A DNA stretch of 64,000 nt from a bacterium (GTDB lineage: Bacteria > Auribacterota > JABMQX01), in NCBI GenBank assembly GCA_030691545.1, contig JAUYEE010000291.1, positions 147 through 64,146 on the forward strand, given 5' to 3'. Below the pieces are notes generated by a model. It searched no databases and was not told the origin of the DNA. It saw nothing but the letters and a program-made list of their open reading frames with translations. Positions 10,362 through 20,662 of the stretch are shown here, in pieces (position 1 is the first letter of the stretch; each line of letters opens with the position of its first letter). A program made the position numbers and the translations under genes.

Positions 10362-10380
10362 ATGTGAGGACAGAAGGAAC

Positions 10381-12708
10381 ATGATCAGCGAATTCGATGT
10401 GCTGAGAAGAATCGGAGTAATCGGCAATTATCTTCCTCGGCGCTGCGGGATCGCAACCTTCACGACAGACCTGTGCGAAGCGCTGGCGGCCGAGGCGCCG
10501 GGGGCGCGGATCGCGGCCATCGCGATGAATGATGTCCCGGAAGGGTATCGGTATCCGCCGCGGGTGCGATTCGAGGTCCAGGAGACCAACCTTCGGGACT
10601 ACGAGCTGGCGGCAGGTTTTCTGAACATGAACCGGTTTGACCTCGTGTGCGTGCAACACGAGTACGGGATTTTCGGGGGGGATTTTGGCAGTCACATCCT
10701 TCTCCTTCTCCGTGAGATGCGAATGCCGATCATCACAACCCTGCATACTGTGTTGAAGGACCCCGGAGAAGAACAGCGAGCGATCTTGAAGGACCTCGCG
10801 AAGCTTTCGGACCGAGTGGTGGTGATGAGCGAGACGGCGGTGGGGTTTCTCAAGGACATCTACAAGGTGCCGGAGTCAAAGATTGCTTTCATTCACCACG
10901 GCATCCCGGACGTGCCGTTTGTGGACCCGAACTACTACAAGGACCTTCTCGCAGTCGAAGGACGGAGGGTGATTCTGACGTTCGGGCTTCTGTCGCCGGG
11001 CAAGGGAATCGAATACATGATCGGGGCTTTGCCGGAGGTGGTGAAGAAATACCCAGATGTGGCTTACATTGTGTTGGGGGCGACCCACCCGCACGTCAGC
11101 CGGACCTCGGACAGGGAGTACCGCCTGAACCTCCAGAGCCTGGCATTGGAGTTGGGGATGCAGGACCACGTCATATTTCATAATCGGTTCGTTGAAATGG
11201 AGGAGCTGTGCGAGTTCTTAGGGGCAGCGGACCTTTACGTGACGCCGTACATCAACGAGGCTCAAATTGTTTCGGGGACGCTGGCGTATTCTCTCGGAAG
11301 CGGCAAGGCGGTGATTTCGACGCCGTACTGGTACGCGCGGGACATGCTGGCGGGAAATCGCGGCCGATTGGTTGGCTTCCGAAATTCCGGGGAATTGGCG
11401 GCTCAGTGCATAGCCCTGTTCGACAACGAGACCGAGCGGCACGCGATGCGAAAGCGCGCGTACATCTACTGCCGGGACATGGTGTGGAAGGAGGTGGCCC
11501 GGCGGTACATGGAGGTTTTCGCGGAGGCGAGAGCGGAGCGGCGGCGAGTGCCTCGGGCATTGAAAGCGGTCATTCCGGAGCCGGCGAGCGGCGAGCTGCC
11601 GAGGATTCGGCTTTCCCATTTGCAGCTTCTGACAGATGACACGGGCATGTTGCAGCATGCGCGGTACACGGTGCCGGACCGTGAGCACGGCTATTGTACG
11701 GATGACAATGCGCGGGCGCTGGTCGCGGCTCTCATGGCGTCCCGGCTTCTCTCGGCGGACTCGGTTCTGGATACCCTGGCGACGCGGTATCTGAGTTTCT
11801 TAGAGTACGCGTTTGACGAGAAGGCAGGGCGCTTTCGAAACTTCATGACGTATGACCGGCGATGGATCGAAAAATGCGGCTCGGAGGACAGCCACGGGCG
11901 TTCGCTCATGGGGTTGGGAATGGCCGTGGCCTACGGGCGGAATAAGGGGCATGTGGGCGTGGCCATGGAGCTGTTTCAGCGGGCCCTCCCCGCAATGGAG
12001 AAGTTCAGTTCGCTCCGTGCCATTGCGTTTGCCTTGATCGGACTGGAGTACTACCTGAAACGCTATCACGGGGACTCCGACGCGAGGCGAAGGCTGCAAC
12101 TCCTTGCCGAGCGGCTGTTGAACGCCTTCAACGGGTATGCCACGGAAGACTGGCCATGGCCCGAGGAGATGCTCTCGTATGCAAACGCAAAGCTTCCTCA
12201 TGCGCTGTTGCTGGCCGGACGCAGCCTGGAGCACAGCGAGATGACGGAAATAGGGCTTCGGGCAATAGAGTGGCTGGTTCGCATTCAGACCTCGCCGGAA
12301 CGCTGTTTTTCGCCGGTGGGAAGCCAGGGATGGTACCGAAAGGGAGGGGTGAAGGCGCGCTTTGACCAGCAGCCCATCGAGGCACATGCGATGATCGAGG
12401 CGTGCATCGAGGCTCATCGCATCACGGACAACGAGCAGTGGCTCAACGAGGCGTGGCGGTGCTTCGAGTGGTTTCTTGGGCGGAATGACTTGCGTCTTCC
12501 CCTCTACGACTACTCGACGGGGGGGTGTCGAGACGGCCTGCATCCGGACCGCCTGAATGAAAACCAGGGAGCCGAGTCCACGCTTTCGTGGCTGTTAGCG
12601 CTTCTGACGATGTACCAGCGCCGGACAGAGATGGCCCTGACGGGAGCGCAAGAGGAACCTCTTGCAGAAAAGACTCCCGCCGCCGCGGGAAGCGCCTCAC
12701 AGGCATAA
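10381..12708 (+). CDS. Glycosyltransferase family 4 fused to C-terminal alpha/alpha-toroid domain
   Basis: 'YLPRRCGIATFT', 'QHEYGIFGG' and 'SGTLAYSLGSGKAVISTPY'. The C-half has 'GYCTDDNARAL', 'FDQQPIEA' and 'NENQGAEST'. Confidence 0.88.
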   Translation: MISEFDVLRRIGVIGNYLPRRCGIATFTTDLCEALAAEAPGARIAAIAMNDVPEGYRYPPRVRFEVQETNLRDYELAAGFLNMNRFDLVCVQHEYGIFGGDFGSHILLLLREMRMPIITTLHTVLKDPGEEQRAILKDLAKLSDRVVVMSETAVGFLKDIYKVPESKIAFIHHGIPDVPFVDPNYYKDLLAVEGRRVILTFGLLSPGKGIEYMIGALPEVVKKYPDVAYIVLGATHPHVSRTSDREYRLNLQSLALELGMQDHVIFHNRFVEMEELCEFLGAADLYVTPYINEAQIVSGTLAYSLGSGKAVISTPYWYARDMLAGNRGRLVGFRNSGELAAQCIALFDNETERHAMRKRAYIYCRDMVWKEVARRYMEVFAEARAERRRVPRALKAVIPEPASGELPRIRLSHLQLLTDDTGMLQHARYTVPDREHGYCTDDNARALVAALMASRLLSADSVLDTLATRYLSFLEYAFDEKAGRFRNFMTYDRRWIEKCGSEDSHGRSLMGLGMAVAYGRNKGHVGVAMELFQRALPAMEKFSSLRAIAFALIGLEYYLKRYHGDSDARRRLQLLAERLLNAFNGYATEDWPWPEEMLSYANAKLPHALLLAGRSLEHSEMTEIGLRAIEWLVRIQTSPERCFSPVGSQGWYRKGGVKARFDQQPIEAHAMIEACIEAHRITDNEQWLNEAWRCFEWFLGRNDLRLPLYDYSTGGCRDGLHPDRLNENQGAESTLSWLLALLTMYQRRTEMALTGAQEEPLAEKTPAAAGSASQA

Positions 12709-12731
12709 TGGGCGCAAAGCCAGCCTGTCGT

Positions 12732-13697
12732 TCAGGCGAAAGCCTTTCTGAGAAGCTCCACGCTTTTCTTGACGCCGGAATTGGGGTCTTCCTTGCCCTC
12801 ATATTCGAGCGAGATGTATCCCGTGTACCCCACCTTTCGGAGGATGTTGGCAATTCGGTCATAGTCCAGGTCGAGGGTGTACCACTCTCCGCCGCCGAAA
12901 TAGGTCTTGGCGTGAACGAGTACGGCGTGGGGGGCGAGTTTCTCGAGTTCGTCATACGGCTCTTCGAGGAAGTTTCCCGTGTCCATAGTGCCGCCGAGCC
13001 ACGGGGACTGGATGGCGTTGAGAATGCGAAGGACTCCCTCGGCGGTTCGGGTCAATCCCCAATGGTTTTCGAGGGCAAGAATCACACCAGCCTTTTCAGC
13101 TCGCGGGAGGCACTTCTCGATGGACGAGATGACCCATGCAAAGGCGTCGTCCTCGGAGAAACCCTCCAGCGGCGGTTCCAGTCCCCGTTTCGCCATCAGC
13201 TCGTCGAAAGATTTGATTGTGCCCCAGCGGCCGGAATTGAGGCGAATCGAGGGAATTCCCATCTCGTGGGCGAGGTCAATGCAGCGAAGGGTGTGGTCAA
13301 TCTGAGTCTGGCGTTTTGCCTCGTCCGGGGAAACGAAGTTCTGGTGGATGGATAGCGCGTAGAGGTCGAGGCCGTTGATGAAGGCGAGGCGTTTCAGTTT
13401 CTGGAGGTACGCCGGGGTCTCCTCGGTCATCTGGACGTGAAGGACTTCGATGCCGTCGAGCTCGAGAGCACAGGCTTTCTCAATGACGGCTTCGATAGGC
13501 ACCTTCTCCTCGCGGAAATGCCAGTAGGAGTAAGTGGAAGTGCCAAGTTGAAAACGGCATTTGTCGGACCGGTCGGACTTGTCCGACCTGGGTTGAGAGG
13601 AGGGACTGGGTTCCGATCCAGACGCATATCGCGATAGGGATGCCGCGGACGTGGCGAGCACCGTCTTGGTCATGAATTCACGCCTTGAGATTTTCAT
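12732..13697 (-). CDS. Tat-exported sugar phosphate isomerase/epimerase (xylose-isomerase-like TIM barrel)
   Basis: Tat signal 'MKISRREF'. Metal ligands in 'LALENHWG', 'DTGNF', 'HAK' and 'SLEYEG'. AGGAG RBS. Confidence 0.88.
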   Translation of the reverse strand: MKISRREFMTKTVLATSAASLSRYASGSEPSPSSQPRSDKSDRSDKCRFQLGTSTYSYWHFREEKVPIEAVIEKACALELDGIEVLHVQMTEETPAYLQKLKRLAFINGLDLYALSIHQNFVSPDEAKRQTQIDHTLRCIDLAHEMGIPSIRLNSGRWGTIKSFDELMAKRGLEPPLEGFSEDDAFAWVISSIEKCLPRAEKAGVILALENHWGLTRTAEGVLRILNAIQSPWLGGTMDTGNFLEEPYDELEKLAPHAVLVHAKTYFGGGEWYTLDLDYDRIANILRKVGYTGYISLEYEGKEDPNSGVKKSVELLRKAFA

Positions 13698-13909
13698 CGA
13701 AACACTCCTTGCCTTCGAACATAATTGGACGATGAGCGCGACGGGCCGAGAGCCGACCGCCGGGTTGTCATTTGGCTTTCCGATGGTTCCGCAACACAAG
13801 TTACGCTGCGAATGAAAACTCTGCAAGAGAAAACACCCGGCGCCCGCTGACGGCCGCGGAAGATCGCACTGTGGTGAGTCGAGAACAGAAAGGAGAATGA
13901 GAAGGAGAA

Positions 13910-14842
13910 ATGCCGACGACAAGTCCTCTGGAACTGAAGGATCAACCGCTGGTCATGGAAAGGCTTTGGCGATACCCGCCGGAGGTTTCGGAGCTGACGT
14001 TTACGAATCTCTTCGTATGGCGGAAGTCGCGGCCGATCACTTTCGCGGAAGTGGACGGTTCGCTGGTATTCTTCGTCGAGGCAGAGGAGGCGGGCGTCGT
14101 GCGCCGGGTGATGTTTGGGCCGCCCATCGGAGAAGTCTCGGCCTTGGAGGTCATCGAATCGCTGGGTGAGGAGATTGAAGGCGCCGTGCGAATGGCGCAC
14201 AAGGGAGCGAATGAGCTGGCGGTCGCGGGCTTCCGTATGGAAGAGGATAGGGATAACTGGGACTACGTGTACCGGGTGAAGGACCTGTCGGAACTGGCAG
14301 GGCGGCGCTTTCATAAAAAGAGGAACCAGGTCAAACAGTGCTTGGAAGCCCACGAATGTATGCACGAGAAGATAACCGAGCAGAATCTCCCCGAATGCGT
14401 TGATTTTCAAGAGCGATGGTGCAAGGCGCGGCGATGCGGTGCGGAACCCGGACTGTGTCGGGAAAACCTTGCGGTTCGCGAGATGCTCGAGCACTACTAT
14501 GAGTTGGGGTTGTTCGGCAGCGCCGTTCGTGTTGACGGGAGGATCGAGGCGTATGCGGTCGGGGAGGAGTTGAGCCCGGGCACGGCAGTGTGTCATTTTG
14601 AAAAGGCAGTGCCGGGAATCCAGGGGCTTGGGCAGCTCATCAACCAGTGGTTTGCGAAGTATTCGCTAAGCGGATATGAATTCGTGAATCGAGAGCAGGA
14701 CCTTGGCATTCCGGGGCTGCGTCAGGCGAAGGAAAGCTATTATCCGCACCACATGGTCGAGAAGCTCAAGGTGGTTTTGAAGCCCGGTATGACGTCGTTT
14801 CCGGTGGCCATCGAGACGCACGAATGTGACAGACACTCCTGA
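13910..14842 (+). CDS. DUF2156 / phosphatidylglycerol lysyltransferase-domain protein
   Basis: 'SELTFTNLFVW', 'DRDNWDYVY', 'KKRN', 'HFEKA' and 'NREQDLGIPGLRQAKESYYP'. Confidence 0.88.
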   Translation: MPTTSPLELKDQPLVMERLWRYPPEVSELTFTNLFVWRKSRPITFAEVDGSLVFFVEAEEAGVVRRVMFGPPIGEVSALEVIESLGEEIEGAVRMAHKGANELAVAGFRMEEDRDNWDYVYRVKDLSELAGRRFHKKRNQVKQCLEAHECMHEKITEQNLPECVDFQERWCKARRCGAEPGLCRENLAVREMLEHYYELGLFGSAVRVDGRIEAYAVGEELSPGTAVCHFEKAVPGIQGLGQLINQWFAKYSLSGYEFVNREQDLGIPGLRQAKESYYPHHMVEKLKVVLKPGMTSFPVAIETHECDRHS

Positions 14843-14997
14843 GGCATGGGAGGACGGCCCGGGCACTCGGAGAGTTTTGTCGGGAGCACAAGCCGACGAG
14901 GAGGCGCGCCGAGCTTCTACGCTATTTCGCTGGCACGGTCTTGTCCCGCGCTGGAAGGGCCGCACGCCATCCAGCGTGGAGAGTCTTGCTGAGGTCC

Positions 14998-16572
14998 TCA
15001 ATCGGGTTTGACTGAAATCGTCAACTCCTCGCCAGCTTCGAGGGCAATCGGCAGTCCATTTCGCAAAGACTCGCCTGTCATGGCGCGAGCCGTACCGGAA
15101 TCCATCTTGACCGTGTAGTTGTGTTTCGGGTTCACCGTGAAATATTCGGGCAGGTAGTTGATGCGAGGCCAGTCGTGCGCGAAATTGAACCAGAGGCTGT
15201 GACGCGGCACATCAAAAATCAATCTGCCTTTCCAGGGCTCCTTCGCACTGACATAGATGACCACGCCATCACCATCGCGTGCGGCGCCGAGCTTCAAATC
15301 GTCTCGCCACTTCGGGATGTGAATGCCCTGGGTTTTGCTCAGTGCATAAAGCGTGACCGTCCGAATCGCGTTGCACTCGAACTTGCTCGTGCCGGGGATG
15401 GGCTTGCCGATAAGGGCGTCGGCGACTTCGCGGTCCGCCCACTGAACGCCTTCCTCGACGGGCACGACATTCAATAGATAAATGGCTCCCTCGATGGAAT
15501 CGGCGTGGCCGTCAATGTTCGTGCCTTCCCAGGGATACAGGTGGTATTTCGGCTTGGCGAGATTCGTCAGCGGCGTGCGGATGACATCCCGGTACTTCGC
15601 GTCGCCGGTGACGAGGTAATAGCAGTAAAAGGAGACGTAGTTGTAACCCCAGTTGTCGGTGAGGGGCTTGTCATCGTGGGGGCCGGGCGTGTCGGCGAGA
15701 GTGTTGAGCAGCAAGCCGTCGGAGTTGAGTCCGCGTTCGAGGATGGTATCGAGCATTTTCTTGATGAGGGGGCGGTATCGCTTTTCCTCCTCCGGCGCGA
15801 CGGAGGACAAGACGCCTTGAAGAAGCCCAAGCCCGCCGATCAGCTCGCAGCCGTGGTCGTCGAGGTAGCGGGGAACGAAGGAAGGGTCGTTCAGGTAATA
15901 GTCCGCGATGCGCCGGGCGTATTCGAGGTATCTCTGATCCCCTGTCAATCCGAACAGTCGCACGAGGACCTGCATGTGGTCGCCATTCACCTCAAGGTTT
16001 GAAGAGACGAGCTTGCCATACGGAGTGTCAATCCCGGCGCGCTTCCAGAGTTCGTCTGCAATGGCTTTCATGCGGTCGAGCCACTCGCCCGGCCCGGTGG
16101 CCTCGACGACGGCAACGAGGCCGTCTTTCATGTATTCCGATGCGCCGAAGACCACAGAGTCGTAGGGCTGGCTGACCTGTTTTTCGGAAGTGCGGAAATC
16201 GTAGTCAACGGGGATTGCGCCGTGCTGGGAGCAGAGGTTGATTTCGGCATGAAGGGCGTCGCGGACCGGTCCCTCGAAAGCTTCACGGTTGGTAAAGTAA
16301 GCAGCCCAAGCGAGGAAAGGATAGCAGTCCGCGGCAGTGTCGCGGTAGTTCCACGAGTCGCCGGTGGCGCGGAACAGCTTCGTCTTCGGGTCAATCTTTG
16401 GGAGCGCGACCTCGTGCAGCCAGCGGTGCATCTCGGTGAACGCGGGGGCGGCGAGGTCTGCATTCTTACTCGCAAGCTCTCGCGGCGAAGATGCGAGACA
16501 GAGCGGTGCCGAGAGAAGCCGGACAAGCGAAACCGTGAAAACAGGGACCAATTGTCGCTTCGCAAGAGACAT
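14998..16572 (-). CDS. Hypothetical secreted alpha/alpha-toroid (glycosidase-like) protein
   Basis: Signal peptide, 524-aa ORF, motifs 'DTAADCYPFL', 'DDHGCELIGGL' and 'DNWGYNY'. Fold assignment is tentative. Confidence 0.65.
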   Translation of the reverse strand: MSLAKRQLVPVFTVSLVRLLSAPLCLASSPRELASKNADLAAPAFTEMHRWLHEVALPKIDPKTKLFRATGDSWNYRDTAADCYPFLAWAAYFTNREAFEGPVRDALHAEINLCSQHGAIPVDYDFRTSEKQVSQPYDSVVFGASEYMKDGLVAVVEATGPGEWLDRMKAIADELWKRAGIDTPYGKLVSSNLEVNGDHMQVLVRLFGLTGDQRYLEYARRIADYYLNDPSFVPRYLDDHGCELIGGLGLLQGVLSSVAPEEEKRYRPLIKKMLDTILERGLNSDGLLLNTLADTPGPHDDKPLTDNWGYNYVSFYCYYLVTGDAKYRDVIRTPLTNLAKPKYHLYPWEGTNIDGHADSIEGAIYLLNVVPVEEGVQWADREVADALIGKPIPGTSKFECNAIRTVTLYALSKTQGIHIPKWRDDLKLGAARDGDGVVIYVSAKEPWKGRLIFDVPRHSLWFNFAHDWPRINYLPEYFTVNPKHNYTVKMDSGTARAMTGESLRNGLPIALEAGEELTISVKPD

Positions 16573-16608
16573 GATTTTTCCTCCGATTCACTCTTTAAGG
16601 CAATCCGT

Positions 16609-18159
16609 TTACCAACCTTGTGATGCAGGCTTCCAGCCTGCTGATGCTCGTGGCAGATTTTGCTCAAGTTCGCTACTCAGAACTGACGGGCACCAGTATT
16701 TCTCGATGTGCTGAACGACAAGCTCGGTCCCCTCGTCGTGGGGGACGTAAGGCGGCAGCTTAGGGCTGTACATGGTGTCGGTGAGGTCGCGAACGAGGAC
16801 GCAGCGGATTCCCCAGCGGGTCATCTGTCGAATCGCGAACGACCTGCCGAGCACGCACATGTTTGTGTGGACGCCCATCACGAGGAGGTTGTTGATGCCC
16901 TGCTGTCGGAGGAAGTTGTAAACCTCCGTCCCGTTATCACTGATGCCATCGTATTCGCCTATCTCAATGGTGGGGTTCTGGCGCGTCCAGGCCATATAGC
17001 TGCGGCAGACCGGTTCGTCGAAGCAGCCGCCTTCCGATCCGACTTCAATGGGTAACGTGCGAGTCGGCAAATCGCGGTCTTTCGGAATGGGCAAAGCAGG
17101 CGCAAGCATCATGCGGCGGCGCTGTGGCGAATCCGCGTAAAAAGCCATGGTCTCCGAAGGACAATGGATAATCTGGATGCCTTTGGCGCGGGCAGCGTTG
17201 ACCACCGTGGCCATTTTCTTCGCGATCACCTCGCATCTCTCCGTGGCCCCGCGACACCAGTGCTTATCCCACATGTCGCAGATGAGGATGGCTGTCTCCG
17301 CGATGGGAAGCTCTTTCTCAACAACGACTTCGTCCCATTCGCCGCTGCCCTTGAAGGTCTCGACGCGTGCGCGGAGGGGAAGGCGGAGCGTGCCTTCGGG
17401 CTTTGGCCGTTGCGGAGGAGGCGGAGGTTCTTTCCGCTGCATCTCGCGCTTGGCTGTCCAGAATAAGGCGTTGGCGAGTAATCGCCGGAATGTAGCGTTT
17501 TCAAAATCGCCCGGCGAGCCAAGAGACGTGTAGAAAACACGCGCGCCGTTGTTAAGGCGAGTCCAGGCGACTGGCTGAGAGCCATCCGACCACGGGGTTG
17601 CGCCGGTCATTAGAAGCGTGCAGTCGTCGGCGAGGGGAGCGGTCTTGTACAAGCTGGCCTTAGATTGAAAGGAGACGATGCCATCGAGGACAGGGTGGTT
17701 CTTCGCTTCGGGATTCACCTTCGTTGCGGCAGTGGGCTCGCTTCCGAAATGGCCGGTGTAGTTGCCGCCGAGAATGAGTTTGTCGAACTCGAGCCAATTC
17801 TGAAAGCCGTGACTCGCGGTGCGCACAGCGACGATCGGACGACCGGAGAGGCAATACTTCTTGACGCGGTCAAGTTGCTCGCCCGTGATGGTCAGTCTGC
17901 GGGTGAAGAACAACGCAACGTCGCATTTGTCGAGCGCCTCGAGACCGGGCAAATCATCTTGCCTTGTCGCCTTCAGCAATGTCACCTCAACGTTATAGTT
18001 GTTTTCGAGATACTCTTTGTAGGCGGCAAGGGACTCGTCGGACTTATATTCCCACGAGCCAGACAGCATGCAAACCCGGACAGGCTCGGGTTCTCCAGCG
18101 TGAACGGATGCGGCAAAAACAAGTAATGCGCTCGCCAGAAAAGTCATCGCCTTGTACAT
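16609..18159 (-). CDS. ThuA-like domain plus isochorismatase (cysteine hydrolase) fusion, secreted
   Basis: Signal peptide. ThuA-like 'RTASHGF' and 'PVAWT...RVFYTSLG'. Isochorismatase 'ICDMWDKHWC' and 'GVHTNMCVLGR'. GGAGG RBS. Confidence 0.88.
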   Translation of the reverse strand: MYKAMTFLASALLVFAASVHAGEPEPVRVCMLSGSWEYKSDESLAAYKEYLENNYNVEVTLLKATRQDDLPGLEALDKCDVALFFTRRLTITGEQLDRVKKYCLSGRPIVAVRTASHGFQNWLEFDKLILGGNYTGHFGSEPTAATKVNPEAKNHPVLDGIVSFQSKASLYKTAPLADDCTLLMTGATPWSDGSQPVAWTRLNNGARVFYTSLGSPGDFENATFRRLLANALFWTAKREMQRKEPPPPPQRPKPEGTLRLPLRARVETFKGSGEWDEVVVEKELPIAETAILICDMWDKHWCRGATERCEVIAKKMATVVNAARAKGIQIIHCPSETMAFYADSPQRRRMMLAPALPIPKDRDLPTRTLPIEVGSEGGCFDEPVCRSYMAWTRQNPTIEIGEYDGISDNGTEVYNFLRQQGINNLLVMGVHTNMCVLGRSFAIRQMTRWGIRCVLVRDLTDTMYSPKLPPYVPHDEGTELVVQHIEKYWCPSVLSSELEQNLPRASAGWKPASQGW

Positions 18160-18451
18160 GGAGGTAACCTCCCGGTCTTTTTTCGCTTAGCACTCTTCAT
18201 TATACGTTCTTACACGTCAAACGTTTCTGACGGGGTCGGGGACCCGTTCCGACACTTCGAGATCGGTCACTCCTCGAGAAATGCCATCGCAAAACGCACG
18301 GAAGACAATCCGGACCCGCCGTTACCCAGGCGGCTCGCCTTTAACCTTATAGACAACGAGAAAGTTGCTGTCAACAAAGTTGGCGATTCTTGGCGTCAGG
18401 ACGGTTTTGCCACACACCGCCATTGGAGACCACCCCGCTTTCACGGTGACG

Positions 18452-18498
18452 GAAGGGGCGCAATAGTCCGATGCGACTATAATAGAGCCGCACCCCGA
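18452..18498 (+). repeat. Partial copy (tail) of the palindromic element also at 37148-37269 and 43505-43689
   Basis: GAAGGGGCGCAATA-N10-ACTATAATAGAGCCGCACCCCGA closely matches 43645-43689. Confidence 0.7.
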
Positions 18499-18551
18499 CG
18501 AAAGGGCGCGGCATCTATGAGGGGGTATGGATGAATCCCCTCATCGAGAAG

Positions 18552-18713
18552 TCCCGCCTCGGGCGGGGCTGAAGCCCGTGTCTAACCCCGCCGGTGGCAG
18601 GGCTAAAGCCCGGCGCGGAGGGATTGCATGCGAAGCGAGGGGATCGTGGAGAAGGCGGGAGATGAGCCTGGGGGGGGACAAGCCGCACAAATGCAGCCCC
18701 GCCTGTAGCGGGG
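18552..18713. repeat. REP-like palindrome cluster
   Basis: Hairpins CCCGCCtcgGGCGGG, GGGCTGAAGCCC, GGGCTAAAGCCC and CCCCGCctgtaGCGGGG. Related hairpins lie at 37300-37425. Confidence 0.65.
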
Positions 18714-18724
18714 TCGCCTTCTCT

Positions 18725-20662
18725 TCACCGTGGCTGCGCTCGGGCGCTGAGCCCTTTCTCCACGACCGCCAGGACATCTTCCGTCGAAAAGGGCTTCTGG
18801 ACAATGGCAAAGACATCCAGGTGAGCGTATTCCTCGTGCGATGTGGCAAGACGTCCGGTGAGAATCACATTCAGGGGCCTTTGTTCCATGGGCAGGCGAT
18901 TGACGTGCCCGATAAGCTCCTCCCCGTTCATTCCGGGCATCTGCAAGTCAACGATAGCCATCGCGTAATGGCGATCGGAGAGCGCGGCCAGCGCCGCATG
19001 GGGGTCTGTGAAGCCATCGGCGGCATACCCCTGGCGATCGAGGACCTGCATCAACAGGTCGGTGATGGCTTCCTCGTCGTCAACGATAAGGATGCGCGCG
19101 TCGGTCTTTGCGAGGCCGTCCGCGGGGACCCGCCGGGTGGTTTTCCGTTTTGGCGAGGGGGGGAGATAGACGGTGAGGGTTGTGCCCCTGTCCACCTGGC
19201 TTCGGACCTTGATTTCCCCTCCGTGTCCTTTCACGATGCTATGGCAGACGCTCAAGCCGAGTCCGGTCCCGTGGGCCTTGCCGTCGTAAACGCCGCCGCT
19301 GACGAGGGCTCCTTTTGTGGTGAAAAACGGCTCAAAGATGCGAGGAAGGTTTTCCTTGGGGATGCCGCAGCCGGTGTCGCGGACTCGGATAAAAGGCCGC
19401 TCGTCCTCCTGGCCGGTCTGGATGGTGAGTGTTTTGACGGGGGATCTGAGCATGGCGTGCCGGGCGTTGATGAGGAGGTTCATCACCACCTGGACGAGCA
19501 AACCGGGATCCCCCATGATCGGCCCCACTGTAGTGGAGTGACTGACCGTCACCTCAATCCCCTCGCTGGTGAACTCTTTCTCGGTCAGCCGCAGAACCTC
19601 GTCCACTACCGCCTTCAAGCTCACCGGCTTCTTCTCGCCCACCTCCTTCCGGGAGAAGGCCAGGAGGCTGCGGGTCAGGTCTGCGGCGCGAGCGGCCGAG
19701 CGACGGACGGTCTCGAGATTTCTGCGTGCGCTGGCCGAGAGCTGCTCCGTTTGTAGTGTCAGGTCAACGTACCCGATGACGGAAGCGTTGATGTTGTTGA
19801 ACTCGTGGGCGATGCCTCCGGCCAGGGTACCGATGGCCTGCATCTTCTGCGCCTGGGCAAGTTCCTCCTGAAGGCGGCGCTTTTCCTCCTCCGCTTTTTT
19901 CCGGGCGCTGATGTCGTGCACGAAGGCGCCGAGTCTCTCGGGTTTCCCTTCCTTATCGCGGATGCCCCATCCGGTTAAGGAGATGGGGAAGACTCTACCA
20001 TCCTTGTGTATGTATTCTTTCTCGAAGGTGCCGTGTCCCGTCTCCAGAGCTGTGCGGACTGCGTCTGCCTCGGCTTCGTGCCAATGGCTTGGCGTAATCT
20101 CCCTGCAGTTCTTCTTCTTGAGCTCGTCAAGGGAGTAGCCGAGCATTTCCAGGAAGGCACGGTTGGCGTCAACGATCTGTCCCTCGAGGGTGGTGATCAC
20201 AATCCCGTCAGGGCTGGTGTCGAAGAGCGTTCGGTAGTTCTCCTCGCTGGCGAGAACCGCTTCTTCCGCCCGCTTTCGCTCGACGGCATACCGTATAGCG
20301 CGCACAAGCAACTGGCTATTGACTTGCCCCTTCACAAGGTAATCCTGGGCGCCGTGGCGAACCGCCTGAACGGCGAGGGCTTCGTCTTCCAGGCCGGTAA
20401 GCACCACAATCGGCAGTCTCGGCGCCGCGGCGTTAGCTTGCGTGACCGTCTCCAGTCCATGCGCATCCGGCAGCGACAGGTCCAACAGCACCACCTCAAT
20501 CCCGCCTTCCGTCAGTCGTTGGAGGGCCTCCGCGAGGCTTCCCACGGCTACAAGCCGGAACTCTCCGCCGGTCTCCGCCAGCGCGTCGCGCAACAGGCGG
20601 ACGTCTCCGGGATTGTCTTCTACCAGAAGAATCGTTGTAAGTTTCTCCTGCATGTTTTTCAC
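18725..20662 (-). CDS. Hybrid sensor kinase (REC-PAS-HisKA-HATPase-REC)
   Basis: N-terminal receiver 'LLVEDNPGD...LLDLSLPD', H-box 'GGIAHEFNN', 'FEPFFTTK', 'GTGLGL', C-terminal receiver 'IVDDEE...VDLQMP'. Confidence 0.93.
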   Translation of the reverse strand: MKNMQEKLTTILLVEDNPGDVRLLRDALAETGGEFRLVAVGSLAEALQRLTEGGIEVVLLDLSLPDAHGLETVTQANAAAPRLPIVVLTGLEDEALAVQAVRHGAQDYLVKGQVNSQLLVRAIRYAVERKRAEEAVLASEENYRTLFDTSPDGIVITTLEGQIVDANRAFLEMLGYSLDELKKKNCREITPSHWHEAEADAVRTALETGHGTFEKEYIHKDGRVFPISLTGWGIRDKEGKPERLGAFVHDISARKKAEEEKRRLQEELAQAQKMQAIGTLAGGIAHEFNNINASVIGYVDLTLQTEQLSASARRNLETVRRSAARAADLTRSLLAFSRKEVGEKKPVSLKAVVDEVLRLTEKEFTSEGIEVTVSHSTTVGPIMGDPGLLVQVVMNLLINARHAMLRSPVKTLTIQTGQEDERPFIRVRDTGCGIPKENLPRIFEPFFTTKGALVSGGVYDGKAHGTGLGLSVCHSIVKGHGGEIKVRSQVDRGTTLTVYLPPSPKRKTTRRVPADGLAKTDARILIVDDEEAITDLLMQVLDRQGYAADGFTDPHAALAALSDRHYAMAIVDLQMPGMNGEELIGHVNRLPMEQRPLNVILTGRLATSHEEYAHLDVFAIVQKPFSTEDVLAVVEKGLSARAQPR

